A stretch of DNA of 64,000 nucleotides from Eledone cirrhosa (GCA_964016885.1 OZ024747.1:92938001-93002000), one strand, 5' to 3'. Counted from the first letter of the stretch, positions 39,368-54,826 are shown. Numbers and translations are program-made. Notes: generated by a model not told the origin, from the letters alone.

Positions 39368-39967
39368 CCCTTTAGCATTTAAGCCGGCTGTATCTGGCCA
39401 GAATTCTCTCACCTCTTTCTGTTCAAACTGGCTGTAACCAGCCGCTCATGTTAAGGTATTGTTCTCAACATAAGTAATATCAAAATCTGATAGATTCGAT
39501 AATATGTGATAAAGTATTTACCATGAAAATACAATAGTATTGACCTTGCCCAATTGCACCTCTCAAAGGTGATGACAAAGGACCGAGACCTCTGGCGTTA
39601 CGCAGTAATACAGAAGACCTGACTTCCCACAGGTACAAGCCGAAGCTGAAGCATATAGACAATATGCCCCCACATCCTCCCACTACAAAGTGATCGTGGA
39701 GGTGTACGACAAAAAATCACCCAGTCCACACTGTAAAGTGGTCGTATAGGTGCCACGGTAAAAAAACACCCAGTACTCACTGTAAATGAGGTTGGTGTTA
39801 GGAAGGGCATCCAGCTGTAGAAATCAAGCCAAAATTAGTTCCCGTATGAGCAAGACATGGTCACTCGACCTGGCATTGCCCACAACAGGACAACCCGTCT
39901 AACCCATGCTAGCGTGGAAGAATGGATGTAAAATGGTGATGATGAGAGTAATGTAAATGCTAAAGGG
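39368..39967 (+). mobile_element. MITE family A interrupted by an RTE 3' fragment
   Basis: Both TIRs and both TTAA flanks are intact; insert at 39541-39944. Confidence 0.88.
39541..39944 (+). mobile_element. 5'-truncated RTE LINE
   Basis: Begins DLAQLHLSKVMTKDRDLWRYAVIQKT (compare DITHLHLSKTMSLDRDLWRYSVTEKT), then the 3' UTR and GAT tail. Confidence 0.85.
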
Positions 39968-40459
39968 TTAAACTAATATATATCATTATTGTATTATTCT
40001 CCTGTGTTGTTTTCTTGACATATGCTTCTTTTGCGAAGGCAATAGCAGAATTATTAAATTCATACCACTATTTACTAACACTGAAATGGTAAAAGTATAT
40101 TTTATACTATGTAAATTACTAATATAACTTACTCCAATATGAGTAATTTGTTTGCCTTTTCAATAAATATGTTTCTACAGTTTATTCCAGGGACTGTCTG
40201 GTATTTCTGTCAATATAAATTGACACATCAATTTTGACAATCTTTGTTGTTCCTGAAGGCATTGTGTAGATTATTTGATGTATTATCAGTGTTTACATCA
40301 ATAATGCTATTATTTTTAATGTTAATTGTGAATTAATTGTATTTCTATCTGTACCAATTGAAACATGTTGAAAATCAATTTAGTTAATTTGATGATTAAC
40401 TTTCTCTAATCCTATACACACGTGTGTGTGTGTGTGTGTGTGTGTGTATAGATACACAT

Positions 40460-40513
<54 letters not shown>

Positions 40514-40515
<2 letters not shown>

Positions 40516-40859
40516 AGGCACATGGCTTAGTGATTAGAGCATTGGCCTTGCAATCGAAAGGTTGTGAGTTCAATTCTCAGACCGGGTGATGTGTTGTTTC
40601 CTTGAGCAAGACACTTTATTTCACATTGCTCCAGTTTACTCAGCTGTAGAAATGAGATGATAGGACTGGAGTCCTATCATTCCACTGTAAAGTGGTCGTG
40701 GAGGTGCCACGGAAAAAAAGCACCCAGCACTCACTGTAAATGAGGTTGGTGTTAGGAAGGGCATCCAGCTGTAGAAATCAAGCCAGAATCTGTTCCCGTC
40801 CCACCCTTGCAAGCAGGGAAAAACAGACGTAAAATGATGATGATGATGATGATGATGAT
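40514..40859 (+). mobile_element. SINE family A (tRNA head + CORE + RTE tail), reference copy
   Basis: A box TGGCTTAGTGA, B box GAGTTCAATTC; CORE-like CCTTGAGCAAGACACTT...CCAGTTTACTCAGCTGTAGAAATGAGATGATA; RTE-like tail ending in (GAT)n; inserted in (TA)n. Confidence 0.9.
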
Positions 40860-41361
40860 ATATGTGTATGTGCTGATTGCTATTTCTAGTCATGTGCATG
40901 CAGCTGACAACACTTCAAAACAGCATGCTCCACTCTCTTTTTCGTAAAGACATCACATCCACACTTTTCCATGATGTACGTACGGCCTTCAACCAGTCTC
41001 TCCCAGTTCTACATATCAATCTTCAGAGCTTTAAGATTGATATGGAGAACTGGGAAAGACTGGTTGAAATATGTATGTATGCACATACATACATCTTTAC
41101 TATTTTATTAAATTGTTAGACTGCAGCTATGCATATACAAAGACTGTGGTATATAGAGCCCCTTTCCTACCATCAAATGGTATCCAGAGAAACTATATGA
41201 ACCTAAAACAGTAAATGTGTTCTTGAGAGTAGATTTACCCAGTATATGCATTCGTTTATGTGCAAGAACAGGAAAAATTTCACCACTCCAGTCCTGTTTC
41301 ATCAGGAGGCTCCTTGATCAAGGGAACAACTCTGGAAATATTATATATTAACTTCCTTTAA

Positions 41362-42737
41362 CCCTTTTGATACCAAACCACCTGAAACCACTCATGGTTC
41401 TATAATAAAAAAAACTTTATTTTAACCCTTTAGCATTTAAACCAGTCATATCCAGCCAGAATTCTCTCACCTATTTCTGTTCAAACCGGCAACTCATACT
41501 AATGTTAAGGTATTGTTCTCAAAATAAATAATATCAAAATTTCATAGATTCAATATAATGTGGGATAATTATGTGAGGTAAAGTGTTTACTGTGAAAACC
41601 ACATCCCTGTTTAATCAACTATCCAATCATCTTCACTAAGGATATCTATTTCATGCCCCTTCTCTCTAAAGTCATCATCTGTCTGATAATTTCAAAGTTC
41701 ACAATTCATCATGACCCTCATATTCCTCACAATGCTACAAGAAGAGAACCCTAACTTTTTTGCCATCCTGAACTCACTGCAATAGTTAATATCAGCAGTT
41801 AATTGTATCCTTGACTAACACAAACCATTCCAAACGCCCTTTGGAATGGTTTGATGTTAAACTCGGCCAGTTGCAGACTGCGCATCAACATGAGATATTT
41901 TTCTCCACAAAGTTTGATCACCAACAGCAGAGTTCAAAGAGCAAAGATCAAGTCTAGTCCATAAGTTGACATTATCAAGCCATCATTTTATGATAACTAC
42001 ACATGGCAGAAAATGTGCTTCATCCCTGACACAATAAGCAAAAGATATCTTTGCACATGAAAATTTTCCTGCCTTACAAATTGCTGCTGGTCTTTTTGTT
42101 CTTTTTTCAGAAAGATTGCTATGTATTTTGAAGAATCCTCATATCCACTAATTCTTAAGCAAGATGTTTCTGTATTTAGTGCTTCTGCATAAAATGCATC
42201 TACATTTTCTACCCAAACTGCTTTCAAATCCACAAAACACATACTAAAAAAAAGACTCTTCTAAAATGTTCCACTTAGCTATTCTAATGACCATGAGCAC
42301 AAACTATCATGAAAACATCTGCAAGTGATTTATTATACCTAGGCTTTATTTCATCAAATTAACTTTGTATTATTGAATATATTACTAATAAAGTATCTTT
42401 AAAACAGACATTTATATCATATAATCAGGCTTGTTGAGTACTTCGCGAATAGAGAAGCAGATACTAAATATGACATCTAAGAATTGTTAAATGGCAAGCA
42501 TTAAATTTATCAGTTTCAGTCATTTAATTTTGTTACATTAACTGTTTAAATACAACACTATTTGTTTTAAAATTTTCATAGTTTATTTCAGAACTTCAAT
42601 TAAGTTATGCCCCTGACACCAGATAAATAATGAGCAAGTCATTTATATTCGAAAACCCTTTCAAATCCTTGATTATTTTCCAAATAATTTGAAAATTATA
42701 GTCAGTATCTTTCTTTAGAAATATAGTGAGGAAAGAG
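41362..42737 (+). mobile_element. MITE family B with a nested partial MITE A (41426-41598) and about 1 kb of unidentified sequence
   Basis: TTAA|CCCTTTTGATACC at 41362; MITE A starts at an internal TTAA; MITE B homology resumes at about 42590 and ends AAAGAG|TTAA. Confidence 0.65.
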
Positions 42738-42887
42738 TTAAACTAATCTGAACTTCTAAAACTTGTAGCAAACTTTACAGAGCAATCTAAATCCTAGGTT
42801 TCTATTCTTATCAATCATCTCAGTGCACTTGACTCACACCATTCTGTCATAATTTATGAAAATGTATATATATATATATATATATAT

Positions 42888-42955
42888 ATCAATCTTGCCT
42901 CAAGTGAGACAATTCCCATGTAAACCCATGCTAGCGTGGAAGATAGACGTTAAAC

Positions 42956-42988
<33 letters not shown>

Positions 42989-42989
42989 A
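42888..42989 (+). mobile_element. Very short RTE 3' end inserted in (TA)n
   Basis: TCTTGCCTCAAGTGAGAC...AAACCCATGCTAGCGTGGAAGATAGACGTTAAAC(GAT)n matches 60102-60188; (TA)n on both sides. Confidence 0.8.
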
Positions 42990-43811
42990 TATATATATAT
43001 CACTGCTGTTCTAAAATATAACTTTATATCAATGTACAAGGCTTGTAGCTGTTGTGATTCCTAACTTCAGCAAAAAGGTAGGAAATCAGGAGGCAAATAC
43101 TATTCCCTATATATCCCCAAAAAAGGTTTGTTTCAGGTAACTTTGATTCAAAAGGACTACATCTTATAGCCTTCTAAATATTAAATATTGTGGTGTGAAT
43201 TTTATTTTACAATTGTGCAGGTGCTGAAGTAGGAAGATTTGTTAACTAAAATGTTCAAGTTATGGTATTATAGAAGTTCATTTGAAAGGGTTATAAATAT
43301 CAAGAACACATCAATTCATACAAAAGTGTATACAGATAAAATAGGAATAGATATAAACAAAATTTATCTCAAATTATAAAGTAAATTACTTATGTTTAAC
43401 TAGATACATCTGCTATAATGATATACTTTACAAATCATGATTTACAATGATAAATAAATAAGCTAGGCTATTAATTCTACCTTCTGCCTCGATCAGTGTT
43501 TTCTTTTATCCTCATTTTGTTAGGAATTGTAGAAAGATAGTGATTGTTAAGAAAGAAAGCTAAAGAAGACATGGGAGGATGGAGATGTATATAGAAGCTG
43601 TATTTACTGGCTGAAATATTAACAATATAAATGAGCTAGTGGAATATGAGGCTAAGATATATATTGATGAAATAGCCTAACATAGGACCTGAAAGAATTG
43701 GAAGAGTGTGTTGGTTGTGAAAAACAGCAGAGAGGAGTAATTGAAATAAAATATGACTGACATACTGTGTAGATGGGAGGATTAACTTACATCAGTAATG
43801 TGGATATTTCT

Positions 43812-43906
43812 GAAATATCAACTATGATATTTAATGGAAGGTCCTTGAAAACCTAAAGCCTATATTAATGGGTCCAAAAGATGCAAACTTTGCACCAGTG
43901 AAAACA
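43812..43906 (+). mobile_element. Old Penelope-like element remnant (GIY-YIG C-terminus)
   Basis: Broken translation NINYDI*WKVLE/PKAYINGSKRCKLCTSE parallels DWQIIAAAPAYKQNHRFCKLCNLE of the PLE at 54827-55943. Confidence 0.5.
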
Positions 43907-45663
43907 CCCAAATTCTTCCAATGAACATCTCAATTCTAATTTTGCATCTTGTCTTCATTTTAGAAAATATCCACTTAATTTTTGGAAATATCGTCTTCCA
44001 AATCACCAACCACCACAGCAAACAGACCCATTGTGATTATTAACTTTCTTGAAACGTTTTCAACCTTATACATGCTTTTCAATGTATATTCCTACATTAT
44101 CAAACATTAATCTAATATACAGCTGTAGTTGCTTCTTAGAAATACAACATCTGGTCCATCATATACCTCAGACAAAACTACTGTGACTGATGCCACCTTT
44201 CAAACCTCTTCAATTTGGACACAATTCTTTTCAATTATATAATTATATACACTATTTTCTTCAAAATATACAATTCGCTCTCCAAACAATGATACTATAC
44301 ACAACACTATCAGAGGCAATAAATTATATTATAAATGAAATAATAAACAACTAAAACTTTTCAAGATGTTTGCTCCAGCATGGCCATAGTCATATGACTG
44401 AAACTAATAAATGAATAATATATATTCTATAACAAAGTGTATCAAGAGCAAGAGCAAAGTGTATCAACTAGTTCAAATAGATGCAGTTTCTCACCAGAAA
44501 ATAAGGACTATGGGCTATTAAATTCATGTTTATGTAAGAAATCATTATTATTTTTACAACAATAAAGATATTATTAATATAAAAATGTGTATGATGTTAT
44601 GCTATAATTGTTATAGCAACAAATGCTATTACAGTATGTTATCATCATAGTCTTTTCATAGAAATACGACTTGTCCATATCAGCATGCAAATTATTGGCA
44701 AATATTTTCATCTCAATTCTAATACTGCCATTATCCATGTATAATATACACCCTTAATTATGAGGAATAAAATACTGAAAAAAATATCTCTCACATATAA
44801 TAAACAAATATGTTTCTTTAGTATTACAGTGTATTATAGAAAAGGAGCATTTGTTTAGTTATAAAATAAACTGAAAAAGTCCATGTACCTTAAATGGAAC
44901 CAAAAACAAAATTTACAGTGACCTTTGAACTTTACCCATGTAGGTCATAATAGTGCATCATTTTAGAAAGCATGTGATGTTTTTTTTTTCTTATTTAAAA
45001 ATTCATATTATATATAAATAAACAATGTAAATTTATGAAGTAGATTTCCATTACTATTTCATTTAATATGTAAACAAAAGAAAATAAAACTTGCAAAAAG
45101 CAAAATAGATTTAATAAAACACAATATATATTTTTCTCATTTTATACAGCTGAAGGAATGAAAATAGCTGAAATATTTCAAAGAAATACTAATTCAGGTG
45201 ATTCAAATCTAAAAATTTCCTTAGTATATTTCATATATGTGTTACACAAGAAAATATAAGAGTTCGCATAAATTAATACATTGATTTTAAATTAAACAAT
45301 ATTTCTTAGCAAATGTAAATATTTATTTTGGAAAAGAGCAATTTTGTGGTTATACTGCAAAAATATAGAACATATGGTAGTACATTGTAAAGCTTGATTA
45401 ATATATTTGTTAGTTATTTTTATAATTAACAAATATATTTTAATTGGAATATTTATTTGTGGTTTTGTACTTTATTACTTGTGCTAATAATTTGTTTGTT
45501 AAAAGTTTTGTACATAATTATAAAAACACCTTTGTACATAATTATGAAATTACCTTTGTATATCATAGGTCTAATGAGTATTTTAGTATATTCTGCAATG
45601 TATTTTCATTTAGTTTGATTTTGTGGAAGTCTAAAAATTGTGAACATATGCCAGGCATCTTAA

Positions 45664-45871
45664 CCCTTTAGCATTTAAGCCAGCCGTATCTGGCCAGAAT
45701 TCTCTCACCTCTTTCTGTTCAAACCAACTGTAACTGGCCGCTTATACTGATGTTAAGGGATTGTTCTCAAAATAAATAATATCAAAATCTCATAGATTCA
45801 ATATTGTGTGAGATAGAGCTTTTACCATGAAAATATAATAGTAAATATAGAGTAATGTGAATGCTAACAAG
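45664..45871 (+). mobile_element. MITE family A
   Basis: TTAA|CCCTTTAGCATTTA ... AATGCTAACAAG|TTAA. Confidence 0.88.
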
Positions 45872-46590
45872 TTAAGAATGTTCAGCTATATAGTATGATG
45901 GGTTTTTACTGCAAATTTTTTGTTGGAAGAATGCATGCTTGTTTGTTTTTTTCATTTGGGTCACTATTTGTGTCTTTACTTTATCCTGTTTATCTTAGTA
46001 TAGAAAGAAAATGCCTTTGCAGTTTTGTCTGCAGGGCACAACCTAAACACCACTCCACCCCAATCACTATCTCCCTCCCCCTTTCTCTTGTGGCCTCATA
46101 GTCCTTGCTTTTTCCCTCCTTTTCCTGTCATTTATAGCATTGATAGCCCTTTCTCCTACTTTCCTATACAGTCAGATCTGCCCTTCTTTACCCCTCCCCC
46201 CCCCTCTGTTTGTTGCTTGGTTTTGTTGTTATCCCTTTTTCTTCTTTCTTCTTTCATATTTCCATCAATATTTGTAATGTTATTTATACAACTGTCAATT
46301 GATTTATTAAAAATAAAATATCTTATAATATAGATTAGATAATCAGAAAAGTTACTCCAAACTTTAAATTCTATTCAACAGTGAAATTTAGAGAGAATAA
46401 ACAAATGACAAAATCACTCAATTCAAGTTCTGATGAAAAAGATTTGTTTTTCACAAATCTATATATAAATTTCTGCGATTCTGTCACGACACGTAAAGAG
46501 AGAGGAGTAGTTTGATTGCCTCATACTTCTCCTTTCTCTTTACGTCTGCTGCCTGTGTGAATGTATGTGTGGTTAAAAGGAAGGAGAGGG

Positions 46591-46927
46591 ATCATCATTT
46601 CATTTTACGTCTGCTTTTCCCTGCTTGCAAGGGTGGGACGGGAACTGATTCTGGCTTGATTTCTACAGCTGGATGCCCTTCCTAACACCAACCTCATTTA
46701 CAGTGAGTGCTGGGTGCTTTTTTTTCTGTGGCACCCTCCACGACCACTTTGCAGTGGAATGATAGGGACCCCAGCCCCTATCAACTCATTTCTACAGCTG
46801 AGTAAACTGGAGCAATGTGAAATAAAGTGTCTTGCTCAAGGAAACAACACATCACCCGGTCTGAGAATTGAACTCACAACCTTTCGATTGCAAGGCCAAT
46901 GCTCTAACCACTAAGCCATGTGCCTCC
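46591..46927 (-). mobile_element. SINE family A
   Basis: Near-identical to the other A copies. Confidence 0.9.
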
Positions 46928-46949
46928 ATGTGTGTATTTATTTGTTTAT

Positions 46950-47125
46950 ATATGTGAATGTATGTGTGTGTTTGTGTGAATGTATGTGTATTTGTGGGAA
47001 TGTATGTGTGTGTGTGTGAATGTATGTGTGCTTGTGTGAATGCATGTGTGTTTGTGTGAATGTATGTGTTTGTGTGAATGTATGCGTGTTTGTGTGAATG
47101 TATGCGTGTTTGTGTGAATGTATGT
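46950..47125. repeat. About 20-bp TG-rich tandem repeat (TTTGTGTGAATGTATGTGTG)
   Basis: Directly visible. Confidence 0.85.
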
Positions 47126-47227
47126 CTGTTTTATATTTATATACTCATACATATAAATGTATGCATATGCACATACATGTTGATGTATGGAAAAAATTCT
47201 AGTTTATTAAAATATTGAAGTACTTAC

Positions 47228-47410
47228 CACTATTTGTACTAAGTGTTCCAGCAGTTGGTTGATGGGTTGAGAAAGACTTTGGTTTCCAGTTTGTCTTTCT
47301 GACCCAGTTTTAGGTGGACTTGTTGATGGGAGCTGTACATTTCTTGAGTCAACTAATTGCTCTTTTGGTAATAATGTTGGTAAATCCTCAAGGGAATTTT
47401 GTTTTAAATT
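47228..47410 (-). CDS. Candidate upstream exon of the SATB/dve-like gene
   Basis: Strong acceptor (ttttctttttttttaatAG) and consensus donor (GTG|GTAAGT); 183 nt; more GC-rich than its flanks. One fully open frame: NLKQNSLEDLPTLLPKEQLVDSRNVQLPSTSPPKTGSERQTGNQSLSQPINQLLEHLVQIV. No homology recognised, and linkage to the 3090-3284 exon is inferred. Confidence 0.55.
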
Positions 47411-47496
47411 CTATTAAAAAAAAGAAAAAAAGAAATTTTAAAGTATACTACAATAAATGAAAAATTATTTCTAATGAAAAATTATTTCTAAATCAA

Positions 47497-47718
47497 GGGC
47501 GATGGATTGGCAGTATCAATAGAGCGCTGGGCAACATGCTTCGTGGCATAGAGTTACAGCCGTTTACGTTCTGATTTCAAATCCGGCCAAGATTAGCTTT
47601 GCCTTTCATCTTTATGGGGGATAATAAAATAAAGTACCAGTAATGCACTGGGAACAATTTAATTGACTTCTCCCTCCCTCAAAATTGTTGGCCTTGTGCC
47701 TAAATCAAAAACCATTAT
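47497..47718 (+). mobile_element. SINE family B with a 17-bp TSD
   Basis: TSD ATTATTTCTAAATCAAG (47481-47497) / ATTATTTCAAAATCAAG (47714-47730). Confidence 0.85.
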
Positions 47719-48277
47719 TTCAAAATCAAGCAAGAAGATAACTTCAGTTTTCAACCTTCTAGAGTTAGTAGAATATATAACAGTTATATATTGAAATTGG
47801 TAATATGTACTTTTTGCCAAAGCTAGCAGAAAAGTAATAAATAAAACCAGATGAGTTAAAACAAAAATTATCTATCTGGAGAATAATAATCTGTGTTCAG
47901 ATTTTGAATACTATAAACAAAAGAATTACTGTGATGATCATGTTTGGAGATAATTCCAAAGATAGCATGGATTATTACTAAGGCCTGTCCCATCATGGAA
48001 AATATAAAACAGGACACAAAAATGAGGTACTTTTATTTAGACTTCAAAATGTAGAATATTATTTATTAACCATAACTTACAACAGACAGAACACAATCAA
48101 TGTTCAATAACAATTCTAGCAACACTCTATGCAAAATTAACATAAATAGTCAATAATAAAGTCTATCAAAGCCAAGAAACAAATTCAGAGAACCACCACC
48201 AGCACAAGAAGATCTACTTCTTTATCAAAAAATAATTATGCAATAGAAAAAAGCCTATGTAAATTACTTGCATTTAA

Positions 48278-48402
48278 ACTTTAGCATTTAAACCAGCCAT
48301 ATCCAATCAGAATTCTCTCACCTCTTTCTGTTCAAAAAGGCTGTAACTGGCCACTAATACTGATGTTCTCAAAATAAATAATATCAAAACCTCGTAGATT
48401 TG
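48278..48402 (+). mobile_element. MITE family A cut by the assembly gap
   Basis: TTAA|ACTTTAGCATTTAAACCAGCC ... runs into Ns. Confidence 0.8.
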
Positions 48403-48601
48403 NNNNNNNNNNNNNNNNNNNNNNNNNNNNNNNNNNNNNNNNNNNNNNNNNNNNNNNNNNNNNNNNNNNNNNNNNNNNNNNNNNNNNNNNNNNNNNNNNN
48501 NNNNNNNNNNNNNNNNNNNNNNNNNNNNNNNNNNNNNNNNNNNNNNNNNNNNNNNNNNNNNNNNNNNNNNNNNNNNNNNNNNNNNNNNNNNNNNNNNNNN
48601 N
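48403..48601. other. Assembly gap (199 N)
   Basis: N run. Confidence 0.99.
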
Positions 48602-49167
48602 NCTCTTAGTGGCTGTATATTCTTCCCTACTCCCACCTTATTCCAAGCCTTCCATGCTAGTCTTTTGTCTCTAATAGCCTTATCTACACTGCTGTTCCAC
48701 CACCAGGTCACTCTCTGTCTGGTTGGGGCTCTGCTCCAGCCACAAGTTTCATCAGTAGCCTTCAGCAAGTTGTCACGTAAGAACTTCCAGTTATTATCTA
48801 TGTCATACGTCTCTAAATCGTCTTCTTTTTCGTCATATACATCTTGAAGGGCTTCCTAAATTTGAATTTTAGTGAAAGGTCTTTTAGCTTCCAGACCTTT
48901 CTTCTCCACACCTTCCTATATGGCTCATTCCATCTCTTGCTTACTGAGATATCACTAACAACTAACCTATGCTGTGGGGTACATTCTTCCCAGGGTATGC
49001 CTTGGTATTAGACACTATCTGCCTGTCCCGCTGCCTAACTAGCAGGAAGTCAATCTGGCTTATGTGCTCACCAGATTTGTAGGTTATTAGGTGATTGGCA
49101 GGTTTCTGGAAGTTTGTGTTGCAAATAGTCAATGTACTTGCATCACAAATTCAAGAAGTCTCACTCC
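48602..49167 (-). pseudogene. RTE LINE fragment (end of the APE endonuclease and linker), frameshifted
   Basis: Minus-strand pieces SQIDFLLVR, GEECTPQHRLVVSDISV, VWKLKD and NWKFLRDNLLKATDETCGWSRAPTRQRVTWWWNSSVDKAIRDKRLAWKAW are typical of RTE. Confidence 0.85.
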
Positions 49168-52740
<3,573 letters not shown>

Positions 52741-52865
52741 AAACAATTAAGTTAAAAATGTACATCTACATATGCATACTGAAATACTATTTAATTTCGT
52801 TTCATTATTTGTTTTTATATATATGTATATATATATATATATATATGTATATGTATATATGTATA

Positions 52866-52900
<35 letters not shown>

Positions 52901-53599
52901 ATATATATGTATATATGTATATATATGTATATGTATATGTATATATATATATATGTATATATATGTATATGTATATATATATGTATATGTATATATATAT
53001 ATGTAAATATGATAATAATGGAGCTGCGGCGTTGCAAATGGGTTACATATAAAAAAAAAAAGCCAGTCCTTCATCAGTGACCCTCCAACCGTCCCAGGCA
53101 TTTCATCGCTTTAAGGGCCATATACCTCAGGTTGGTGCGAACAACGGCTAAAAAAAGTCGTTGGGACACGTAAATAAAGAGAACGTTAGGGTGAACAAAC
53201 AAAATGGTTTAAGCAACAGAAAGTGAGAGGAAAGAGACAAGTCCCAGATTTCTATGAATATAAACTCGATAAAATCGTGAACTAGAGAATAAAGACCATC
53301 AGACCTGGTTGAAATGTGAGCAAGGAAGGAATTTCGCACAGGTCTAACGGGAGGAAGAAGAAGAAGGGGTCTGGTCTGCGAATTCGGTAAACATAAGTTT
53401 TGTGAAGACGCAGACGAGAGAGAGAGAGAAAAAAAATTCATACCGGCTTGGCCAAGAGTGCGCGAGAAAAGAAATCGGACAGGTCAAGCGGGAAGAAAGA
53501 GGAGTGGAGGAGAGGTAGTGACAGGGTATGAGTGAGTGAAAGTTGAGGAAGATATGTATATATATATATATATATGTATATATATGTATATGTATATGT

Positions 53600-53633
<34 letters not shown>

Positions 53634-53638
53634 ATGTG

Positions 53639-53669
<31 letters not shown>

Positions 53670-53689
53670 GTATATATATATATACATGT

Positions 53690-53757
<68 letters not shown>

Positions 53758-53928
53758 GTATATGTATATATATGTATATGTATATGTATATATATGTATA
53801 TGTATATATGTATATATATGTATATATGTATATGTATATATATATATGTATATATGTATATATTGACATGTTGATTTAAAACTGCACTATCCACAAGTGT
53901 TTTTTAGCCTTCATATCATGTTCTCCTG

Positions 53929-53995
53929 TTTTATCTGATGAAAACACAAATATTATTGCATGTTGATGTTTGTTTTTGAAATGCGCATAATAAAA
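53929..53995 (+). ncRNA. Type I hammerhead ribozyme in a solo island (53863-54028) inside TA arrays
   Basis: Stem I TTTTAT/ATAAAA; CTGATGA; stem II AAA-c-ACAAATATTA/TGATGTTTGT-t-TTT; GAAA-TGCGCA-TA with a palindromic stem III; AUA cleavage triplet; AATAAA overlaps the 3' strand. Confidence 0.8.
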
Positions 53996-54169
53996 TACAT
54001 GGAACTCCTTTAACCATCTTTTGACCTTATATATTATATGTATATATGTATATGTGTATATATGTATATGTATGTATATGTATATATATGTATATGTATA
54101 TATATGTATATATAGGTATATGTATATATATGTATATATATGTGTATGTATATATGTATATATATATGT

Positions 54170-54238
<69 letters not shown>

Positions 54239-54295
54239 TATGTATATATGGAGAAGAAGTTTATGAAATGGAAATGCGGGTATACAGAATTTATT

Positions 54296-54412
54296 AGGTA
54301 ACAATTGTTTCTATAGTGTATGGGTTACCTATACCTCGCTATTTGAATAATATAAAAATATTATCATAAACCGAAGGTACACTGTAAGCAAACACACCAT
54401 GTCATCAGACCT
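54296..54412 (-). ncRNA. Type I hammerhead ribozyme at the PLE 3' end, long stem II
   Basis: Minus strand: AGGT-CTGATGA-cATGGTGTGT ... ATACACTATa-GAAAC-aatt-GTT-ACCT-AATAAA. Stem II is 9 bp with a C-A mismatch at the base and further pairing inside the loop. Confidence 0.78.
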
Positions 54413-54826
54413 TTGTATTGGAGTGATATGAAAATATTTTATACACTAGATAAAAGATAAAGAAGGAGGTAGGAAGAGAAGGGGAAGAGGGAAGTGAGTA
54501 AGGTGGAGGGAGTCTTAGGATTTAAGACTGTCAGACTAGTAGAGATTGTAAGGAGAGAATGTTTTGGCAGCAGTTAGCTTAATGAGGCGTGTTAGGGTTG
54601 GCGGGGGGGGGGAGTAAATTCTTCTAGTGGTGTTGTTTGGACAAAATTTAGTTAAAGGGGTCAAAGTGGTACAGTGTCACAGACAAGTTATTGGGGCTAT
54701 TATAGTAGCAGGTTATTTCTAAAGGGGTTCAGAAAACAGTGTTTAGTACTATTATTATAGAAAGCCATATCTTGTGTATAAACATATAAAACAGAAATTT
54801 GCAAACAGTGGTGTAAAAAGGTAACA

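Noticed and set aside
40514-40590. tRNA gene (TGC/GCA anticodon-like loop)
   Set aside because: No proper acceptor stem; it continues into CORE and RTE tail in every full copy, so it is a SINE head.
46430-46460. CTGATGA followed by an 8-bp hairpin as a hammerhead
   Set aside because: No GAAA after the stem and no stem I or III.
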